DNA of 47,020 nucleotides from Macrostomum lignano. Its lineage: Eukaryota. The notes beneath the pieces are model-generated. The model was not told where the DNA came from. It searched no databases and saw only the letters and a list, made by a program, of their open reading frames with translations. The position numbers and the translations under genes were made by a program. Of this stretch, positions 38,051-47,020 are shown piece by piece (position 1 is the first letter of the stretch; every line of letters begins with the position of its first letter). The stretch lies in the NCBI GenBank assembly GCA_002269645.1, contig NIVC01004403.1, positions 1 through 47,020 on the forward strand, given 5' to 3'.

Positions 38051-39493
38051 CAGTGTTCGGAGTGGGAGGTCCTGCAATTTTTCGCGCCTGGGGTAAATTT
38101 TTGCGCCCATGAGTATGCCTAGGGGCGTAGTCTACTGAAAACAACAGGTAAATCCCGGTAGTGTTCAAATTTTAGCCCTTAAAAGTATTTTCAATGCCTA
38201 AGGTTCTGTACTAATTTCCGCAGCGCATTTTACATAAACAAAAATAAATCCACAGCAGGAAAAATGCAAAAATGATTGCAGGCAAGGACTCTATCGTTTA
38301 ACCCACATCCTAAACATGTGCCTTACTACATTGCGTAGCACACAGTAGAATAGGCGATATATTGTACCGGAAAACAGCACTGACAAAAGCAAAGTAGTTC
38401 CTATGCAAAGCAAAGGACAAGCAGTACTTGAAAATCATGAGAGAACGAAGATTTCCTGTAGGTTGGTACTTGTAAAACAGGATTCAACAAGCCCCTAGAA
38501 AAAGACAGAGCCTATGCTAAGGGCCTAAGCAAGAATGGTTGTGACAGAGTAAAGTCTGCAACTGATGAAAGGACAGAAAATACTTGGAGATGCAGTAAAG
38601 AAAGTAGGGGAACGCCGAACGGATCAGGGAACAAGGAAGGATGAAGGAATGTTAACTGGCTGTGGCTTTAGTGGTGATCTTGGAAACTTTAATAAACTGA
38701 TCCAACTGTGATTGCACTTTTGATTCTGCAATTTTTTGTTAATAAATAATGTAATGTATGCACGACATTATGAAACTATGTTTTTAACTATATCTGACAC
38801 AGGCACACTGGCTTGTAGGTAACTACTGATTACTAGAAATGAATAGAATGTAAACTGAATAATAAATTCTTTAGAATATGAGCAGCTTGATCCTGGGCCT
38901 CAATTAATACATTGCCATCAAATCAAACCCCGGGGAAAGTGGAATGAAGCCTTTCATGAACTGCATGCCCTCCATTCTACCTGTCAATTACATCCAACTT
39001 CCTTTTCTACTGGCATCTCATCTGGTAGACAGGCACATCACTGGTCTACTGCATTTTCCCAGCTCAATCTTCTATAGGCCTAATGATGCACGAATCACAC
39101 AACACAATATTTCCTTATATTATTCTTGTCCCCTTGGAGGAAAATAACTAGTAGCAACTAGGAAGACAATAAGGCAAAGCAAGTGGTAAAAGTAGCCTAG
39201 GCCCTACTGGAATGAAATAACACGGGACTCAAAAGGAAAAAAAGTTTGGTGTGCAGGCTACAAACATGGTTTACACAAAGTTTTGGAAATTTTAATAAAC
39301 ACAGAAGTGACAGACAAGTAGAAAAAAGCAGCAAAATTTGCTGTGTGTATAGGCAATTAGATGAAACAGGGCTTGAAAATTCGCGCCATTGAGGAGCCAA
39401 AAAATTCGCGCCATGGCTTCAGAATTCGCTGATTCGCGCCTGTCCGAGCCATTTTCGCGCCAGGCGCGAATTCGCTCCACGCTCCGAACACTG
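38051..39493. mobile_element. Non-autonomous hAT-type DNA transposon, 1443 bp
   Basis: Perfect 12-bp TIRs CAGTGTTCGGAG / CTCCGAACACTG and an identical 8-bp flank TTCTTAAG on both sides (38043-38050, 39494-39501). Subterminal TTCGCGCC repeats. No intact transposase. Confidence 0.9.
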
Positions 39494-40039
39494 TTCTTAA
39501 GATCAAGTTTTCTTCAAGGTCAAGTTTCCAAGGCTGCAATAGACTTTAGAGAACAGCCAAAAATTAAAATCTAATTCTAAAACCTACATACTAAATATGC
39601 CAAATGATAAGAATGTCGAATGATTAGATAGATTGACAAATAATAGTATCTCCTATTATAGGGGAGTCAGCTAACATGGGTCATGGGTGATAGACAAACA
39701 AAAATAGGAAATGCTTGCAATTAATGTAAGCCAGACAGACAGACGGTTTCTGGCACCCCAGGCAGACGACATACAGTTCAAAGAATTAGTTAGAAATAGG
39801 AATTTAAAAAGGAAATCCAATCTACAAAAATTTGAATTCAGTAGACAAATCTATAACATTTCTAAAAAAATCTTAGAAGTATGTAATTTGTCTTGTTTTT
39901 TTAATAATTAGGCAGCATTTAGTGTCAAAATAGAACTTATTATAATGTTTGGCTTATAAGTCATTAATTTAAATTTACGAATTTTGTTGAATGCATTATT
40001 AATATAACTTATTTTTATAACCTATGGGCTAAACTGTTT

Positions 40040-40200
40040 TGCGCAATATCGCTAACTACATACATAAATTTCACGCAATACCTTTTAACTCCCTGCTTTT
40101 TCTTTCACCTCGTTAGTTTTCCAAAGTTTCGTCGACAAAATTTACGCGTTATTTCAAATACCATACTGCAAAACTCGTACGTCGTACTTTGTAATCGTAG
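40040..40200. promoter_or_regulatory. Candidate promoter / small CpG-retaining island between CpG-depleted domains
   Basis: Cluster of CG dinucleotides (GCGC, TCGTCGAC, ACGCGT, CGTACGTCG) flanked by kilobases almost lacking CpG. Lies between the 5' ends of SDHC (-) and NR5B (+). Confidence 0.35.
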
Positions 40201-41497
40201 TAAATAACTAATGCTAAAATATTGCCTTCTGCTCCTGAAATAATCTTAAAATACACAGAAATATATTGGCCAAACAGGCTTCTTGCCTGAGCCAACTTAC
40301 TACTACTACTACATTTTGTAGCTTTTGTAACTTTGCTCCAGCAGCTCAGTCCCGTTTGTCTGTTTGTCTGTTTCCCGCCAGTCTGGCCTCTTTCTTCCAT
40401 CTGGTTGATTGTTTTGAAATGTTTGGGTTCATTGTATGAATTAATACCTATAAATGTTAATGTTATCAATGTATATAGCGATTCTCCGAGTATCAAAAGT
40501 GGTTTTTAATTAAATGAGGAAATAATGTCTAAATCTGATATAGCTATTTATTTATATTACTAGTTATTATTAATAAAATAATGTAGTTGTAGCCTCATAA
40601 GTCGTAGGTTATATAATGTGTGTCATGTGTGTAGAGTTCCTAAATAGTAGGCCTACTGCTTCATGAGGATTATGGTCAAAATAACCATGTCCATGTTTTT
40701 GGATGCTTTTAGCTATTGTATCAAAATTTAAAAGTTTGGATCTTATTCCACGGTGGAATAAGACAGAAATTATTCCTACAGTACCGTGGGGATAAGCACT
40801 GCCTTAAAATTAATGCCATCCTCTTTGAATTTGTGCTTTGGGATCTTTGTGCTTGCTCATGCAGTCATGCTTACCCTTACTTTTTACAATACAAATAATA
40901 TGGGGCTATCTTCTCAAATTGTTCATTTAATTCCAACCCCACCCCCACCACCCTTAAATAGAGGTCAAAATAATTCCGGAAATAATTAAACAAACAATTC
41001 AAGAAGATTGCCTAATATGATATTCGACAACTATATTTGTGGGTCATAAGCTGATAAGCATAGCCCTACCATTGTCTGGTTGTAAGCCCAGTATTTTAAA
41101 GGAGGGTGACTTTATTTATATGTAGGCCTAAGAAAATAAATGTCAACAAAAACATTAAATAATTTTTTTTTGGCAATCTTCTAGTTTGTTTCGCAATATT
41201 ATTTCCAAGTTTGAAATGGTGCGTCAATATAATAACATATCAAAAAATGATGTCTATGGCCAAAAAGGATATGAAATAGCACTGTTAAAGACATTCTGAT
41301 TTCACTGACTTCACTTAGACTCTTGCTCTTGCTCTTGCTCTAGAGTTTCATCAGCTTTGTATTTACAATAATTTCTTTAACATGGCTTTAATGTTTTCTG
41401 TTGTTTTACTACATTGATACATTGTTTCAAACTTGAAAATAATATTGTAAAACAAACTAAAAGATTGCCAATTTTTCTTTTTAGCCAACACATTTTG

Positions 41498-41688
41498 CAT
41501 GGGCAGCAGGAGCTTGCGGCACCGAGGGCATGTGCCCCCTTCCCAGAAAATGAGTCTACGCCACGTGGTAATTTTTAGTGTTTTTTTCTTCTGATTTTAG
41601 GTCTTAATTAGGCAGCTTATAAAGGTACCTATGCCCCCCTTGCCCTGTGCCCAGTGCCCCCTTCAAATATTAGGCTCCACCACCCTTG
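41498..41688. mobile_element. Old hAT-type MITE, 191 bp
   Basis: Degenerate TIRs (CATGGGCAGCAGGAGC versus reverse complement CAAGGGTGGTGGAGC) flanked by a perfect 8-bp duplication ACATTTTG (41490-41497, 41689-41696). Confidence 0.75.
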
Positions 41689-43037
41689 ACATTTTGTTGA
41701 AGATAAGATATTGTCTAGGCCAATTCAATTAACCTTAATTCACAACACCATTATATTTAAGCAAAACAAAATATATAGTCCAAAAAAGTGGGTCAAGGCA
41801 ATCCAATAGAATTTCAAAAGTGCCAAGGGCCATTTTTTCATTAGTTGTTTAGTTAGTTGGTTAGTTTTTTACTAGGCCTGGCTAATCTTTTATATAAGAT
41901 ATACTTTAAATTTTGATAACTTCTATTTTTACTTTTTTAATAAATTAGCTTTGTTGCTCCTAGTTAAGAAACAACTTTTATTAGGCCTATGCTAACTTGT
42001 GTTTATATTCTAAAGCCTATAAAATGAATTGAAAGAATTGGTTTAGTTTTATTATAGGCCTAAATGTCAATAATGTTTTTTATAGAACTATAGTTTTCCT
42101 ATATATTTTAGGCCTAACTAGGCCTAAGATCAAAGTTTTCGGGCATAGTTGCAAATGTTTTATAACTATTTTTGCTATAGTAGATTTCCTATCATTAATA
42201 GATAAAGGATTAATAAGCTATAAAATGAAATTATATATTAGGCATAAAATTAGTTTAAGTTAAGTAGAATGCAATCTTACTTAGCTTTAGGTAAATAATT
42301 TTTTATCAAATAGAATAGAAAAAAATCTATGTTTCTTGTCACTAATCTTAGCATATTACATAGGTGGCACTCCAGCATCTTTGGCAGTGATTCTGTTGAT
42401 CAATATCTTCCAAATGGTGCCAGCTTGGTCACTTTTGTCTGACATGTTGAAGAAACTGAGAGTGGAACAGCATAGACAGCGCTGTTTATGGATTTCTATG
42501 CTTAAATGAGTGCTCCAAGGATTAAATTGCCTGCTGGTTTGACATACTTTTTACCATATAGACTACTAGCAACAAGGCTCAAAATGCATATGTTTTTGCT
42601 AGGCCCTATCTTGTATTAAATTGCTTGCTTGTAGTTTCTACTAGCTTGCAAAATGCTATATTTGCAATTAGGCTAAAATATTAGTTTGGCATATATTTAT
42701 ATAGTGTCCTTATAAGTATTTTTTCAATCTGAATTTTCTTCCTAAAATCATTTGCAGTTTTTATCTGAAATCAAGATTCAAGATCTTGATAGTTAAAAAA
42801 ATACAGATAGCTTTGTTTATTCAAATTGTTCTAGAGAGCAGGTTGGTTGTACAGGCCAATACATAATATTGTTGTATGAAAGTGGGTTAATTGTGTATTC
42901 ATGAATGTAAATTTCAATTCATGAATTCAGTCCAGCTATTAGGCATAAGCTATCATCCCATCTGGGGATGCAGTTGTCGATGTTGTTCAATAATTGTCTG
43001 TAAATAACTTTCAAAAAGCCTCAGTGCAGTAGAAACC

Positions 43038-46000
43038 ATGGCAACCACAACATCAACAAATCCTGCTTCTGCTACAAACATGACGCCCACATCTGCCGAA
43101 GAGATTGCAGCTCTGTTTAATCTTGTTGGCTCGTCATCTGGGCCAGCTATTCAGACTCAGCAGCCACTGCAGCAACAACAACAATTGTCTTCTCAGCAGT
43201 TGCCAGCAGCCGCTGAAATCGTATTGACCTCGTCTGAGTTGTCAGATCCAATGGCTCTGCAACAGAAATTGTCAGCAGTTCTGGCTCAGTTGAGAAATTC
43301 CAGTAGCCTCACTGGAGCCATTGATGGTTCAGACGATTCGGCTAACTTGGGTCAGAAAATCATCATCAGAACTCAGCCACAGCAGAGTAGCACGCCCAGC
43401 TGTCCAGTATTGTCTGTGGTTAAACCTGAACCAGAATTTCAACTGCAACAACAGCAGCAGCATAGGAGAGTGTCTGTAGTTACCATGCCAACAGCGTCTG
43501 TTGTTGTGGACAACAATGCGCCTATAGTCACTAGTATACAGTGTCCATCTAATGCTGCCATAGCAACTACAACGCAGCAGGTGTTGCTGTTAAATAATAA
43601 ACCAATTATGGCTACCTGTGGTCCCGCTGCTGCTACAGCAACTGCTGCTGCTCCGGGAATCGCCGCTACTAGCGGAAATGTCTTGCTAATTCCTATCGAT
43701 TCTGCGGCTGCAAATTTTCAACTGCAGACTCAGCAACAGCAGCAGCAGCAACCAATACTGATTCCTCAATTGCAACCGCAGTCTGTGCAGCAGCAGCCTC
43801 AGTTTAAAAAGCTTGTCTCTGTTAGACCGAAGATTGAACAGGTAAAATAGGTGTCAATTTTTCATATTCTACATGTTAGAGTGAGTATTCTACCCCATTC
43901 TTATCTATTAGTGAGGCTTCTCCCAGCCCTTATCTATTAGTCGGGCTTCTACCCCACTCCTTATCTATTAGTGAGACTTTTACCCCATTCTTATCTATGA
44001 GTGAGGCTTCTACCCCAGCCCTTATCTATTAGTGAGGCTTCTACCCCACTCCTTATCTATTTTGAGGCTTCTACCCACCCTTATCTATTAATGAGGCTTC
44101 TACCCCAATCCTTATCTGTTAGTGAGACTTCTACCCCAATCCTTATCTATTTTGAGGCTTCTACCCCACCCCTTATCTATTAGTGAGACTTCTACCCCAT
44201 TCTTATCTATGAGTGAGGCTTCTCCCCAGCCCTTATCTATTAGTGAGGCTTCTACCGCACTCCTTATCAATTAGTGAGGCTTCTACCCCACTCCTTATCA
44301 ATTAGTGAGGCTTCTACCCCTCACCATTAAATATCCAGACGACATTCTCCTCGGCACCATCAACGCCGTCTCAGCCTGACGGAGCTGGTGGCGTCGCCGG
44401 CCATGCAGGCAGCAGCAGCAGCGCAGGCAGCGGCATCACAATCGGTGGCAGCGGCTGCGTGAATGGTTCTCCGTGGCAGCAGTACATTAAGCAGTTCACT
44501 AACATGGGCCCGTGCCCAGTCTGCGGTGACAAAATCTCCGGTTATCACTACGGCATTTTCTCATGCGAGTCGTGCAAAGGATTTTTTAAACGAACTGTGC
44601 AAAATCGCAAGACCTACGTTTGTCACAGGGGTAGCCAGTCTGCCTGCGAGATGTCTCTGCTGTCCAGGTATGACCTTAAATGAACCCATATTATCGTTTT
44701 GCATTTGAGTATCACTCCTGAACTGTCTAAGGATCGCCCCTAATTATCTAAGAATCACCCCTAATTATCTAAGAATCACCCATTATTATCTAAGAATCAC
44801 TCCTAATTATCTAATAATCACCCCTAATTATCTAAGGATCGCCCCTTATTATTCAAGGATTGCCCCTAATTATCTAAGAATCGCCCCTAACTATCTGAGA
44901 ATCGCCCCTAACAATCTAAGAGTCACTCCTAATTATCTAAGAATCGCCCCTAATTATCTAAGAATCGCCCCTAATTATCTAAGAATCACCCCTAATTATC
45001 TAAGAATCGCCCTAACTATCTGAGAATCGCCCCTAACTATCTGAGAATCGCCCCTAACTATCTAAGAATCGCCCCTAACTATCTAAGAATCGCCCCTAAC
45101 TATCTGAGAATCGCCCCTAACTATCTAAGAATCGCCCCTAATTATCTAAGAATCGCCCCTAATTATCTAAGAATCACCCCTAATTATCTAAGAATCGCCC
45201 TAACTATCTGAGAATCGCCCCTAACTATCTAAGAATCGCCCCTAACTATCTAAGAATCGCCCCTAACTATCTGAGAATCGCCCCCAAAGCTCATTCTTCA
45301 CCCATAAAAGCAACCCAGTACCCCAACTCCCCCCACAACGCGGCAGGAAAAAGTGCCCAGCCTGCCGCATGCGCAAATGCCTGGAGAAGGGCATGAAAGT
45401 TGAAGCAATTCGCGGCGATCGAACCCGCGGCGGTCGGTCCTTGTACACCGGCATGCGGCTGCAGCAGAACTCTGTTGTTGCTGCTCCAGCTGCTCCTACT
45501 TCCGTTGCTGCTTCCGCAACTGTTGCAGTTGCTTCTTCATCAGGCGCCGCTCAGCTCTCTCAGACTTCTTCGTCCTCCAATTCTACTGAATCTTCAACGC
45601 TGGCAAGCTCCAGCAACAACAGCAACAGCAACAGCAGACTGATCCTTCATCAGACTCGTCAGCTTCCAGTCTGCCTACCTGCATAATTGAAGCAGTCAAC
45701 AGCGAGCGCATGGTTATGCACGAGGAGGACAGTTTAGATTTGGCTGAATCTGCCGCAGATGAGACTGCAGTTTATCGAGCTCTGCTGCTATTGGCTGAGC
45801 GGCGCCTGTACCGGCTGGTTCGTTGGTCCCGGCATCTGCCAGCGTTTAATACGGTTAGCACAGAGGATCAGATCGCTCTGCTGCAGAACTGCTGGGTAGA
45901 ACTGCTCTGTTTCGACTGCTGCTGGCGCTCCTTACAGACTCCTAGTGAGATCAGATTGACAGCTAATAAGTGCATCAATTTAGAGGCCGCTAGGGAGCTC

Positions 46001-46931
46001 GGCGCCCATGGTATTGTTGGAGAGATACTCGCCCTGACTGGAGATCTGTGCCGGATTGGGTTGAGCTTGACTGAGTACGCCTGTCTGAAGGTTATCGTGC
46101 TCATGCAGCCGGACGCCCAGGGCTTGTCCTGTCCTGAAAAGGTGAGATTTGGGATTGATGAAGAATGAGATTTTTAATTAATTTGTATAAAGTCATAGAG
46201 AAGGGAAATTAAGATCGTTTTTGCTATGAGAATAAGATCGTTGACAGCTAGAGCCATAGCGAAAGAGATAGTGGGGTCATAGAGAAGAGTGTGGTCCTAA
46301 AGAGGGGATAAATGAGGTCATAGAAAGTGAAGAGTGACGTCAAAGGGAACGTAGAATGAGGTCATAGAGGAAAGATAGTGAGATCACAGAAAGAGGTTGT
46401 GAGGTCATAGATTGTGAAGAGTGCAGTCGTCGAAATAGAAGTGAGAAGAGATATCATAGAGAAGGGATAGTGAGGTCATAGAAAGGGGATAGAGAGGTCA
46501 TAGAGGAGGGAAGGGATATTAAGGTCATAGAGAAGGGATAGTAAGATCATAAAGAAGGGATTGTGAGGTCATAAAGAAGGATAGTGCGGTCATAGAAAAG
46601 TTAGAAGGAAATAACAGAGAAAAGATGGCGAGGTCATAGATAAGTTAGAATGAGGTCATACAGAATCGAGAGTGATCCTCTGAAACTGCCCACACCGCCG
46701 CAGGTGCGAGCCTGCCTAGACGAGATGTGCCAGTCTCTCATGGCCCACACGGTGACCGCCTGTCCAAATGAGCCGAACAAATTTGCGGAATTGTTTCTCA
46801 AAGTGGCAGACTTGAAGCGCACAGCAACTGCGGCTTGGGCAATGCTGGCTGGCAAAGATTTGAGCCCCTATCTGGAGACTAACAGCCTCTTGATGGAGCT
46901 GTTCAAGTCTAGCAGGCTCCGAAGCGGTTGA
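43038..46931 (+). CDS. Hr39: Nuclear receptor NR5B (Hr39 / FTZ-F1-beta-like), with an apparent 1-nt frameshift near 45610
   Basis: Exons 43038-43841, 44339-44667, 45347-46141 and 46704-46931. [36 protein letters not shown]...[34 protein letters not shown] (ESCKG P-box; the TRGGRS box is Hr39-type). [21 protein letters not shown]...[15 protein letters not shown] and AF-2-like LLMELF. Exon 3 is one base short of joining the DBD and LBD frames. A possible further 84-nt intron 46927-47010 (GTTGAG...CTGAC...TTCTAG) would extend the C-terminus past the window. Confidence 0.9.
43880..44320. repeat. 30/31-bp minisatellite (CTACCCCACTCCTTATCTATTAGTGAGGCTT)
   Basis: Fills NR5B intron 43842-44338. Confidence 0.95.
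44725..45285. repeat. 21-bp minisatellite (AAGAATCGCCCCTAATTATCT)
   Basis: Fills NR5B intron 44668-45346, which splits the second zinc finger. Confidence 0.95.
46185..46665. repeat. Degenerate 22-bp minisatellite (GAGGTCATAGAGAAGGGATAGT)
   Basis: Fills NR5B intron 46142-46703. Confidence 0.88.
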
Positions 46932-47020
46932 GTATAACTTTAAATAAACAATATTTATTTATGTAATATTTTCCGTGATCTCATTTTTACTGACGCTTAT
47001 TCTCTTCTAGCTACTGTAAG

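Overview
Eukaryotic (metazoan) genomic DNA. GC-rich short exons, GT-AG introns filled with minisatellites, poly-Q/poly-Ala tracts and the gene set suggest a free-living flatworm such as Macrostomum; this is an inference. I can build seven protein-coding genes by hand: (1) a Delta-like DSL-domain membrane protein with no EGF repeats (+, 5' end outside the window); (2) an uncharacterised coiled-coil protein (-); (3) NDUFA7 (-); (4) a four-TM membrane protein (-); (5) a RING-less B-box/coiled-coil/NHL protein (+); (6) an intronless SDHC (-); (7) an Hr39/FTZ-F1-beta (NR5B) nuclear receptor (+) whose third exon has a 1-nt frame discontinuity between the DNA-binding and ligand-binding domains. The window also has about 20 distinct tandem-repeat arrays, a decayed RTE-type LINE 3' end, two hAT-like elements with perfect 8-bp target-site duplications, and further TIR-bounded elements. 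The strongest large-scale pattern is that almost every long intron consists of its own private minisatellite with only short unique flanks, while the short introns (about 45-90 nt) have none. Most long ORFs in the supplied track are repeat artefacts. All coordinates and counts were derived by eye and no database searches were run.
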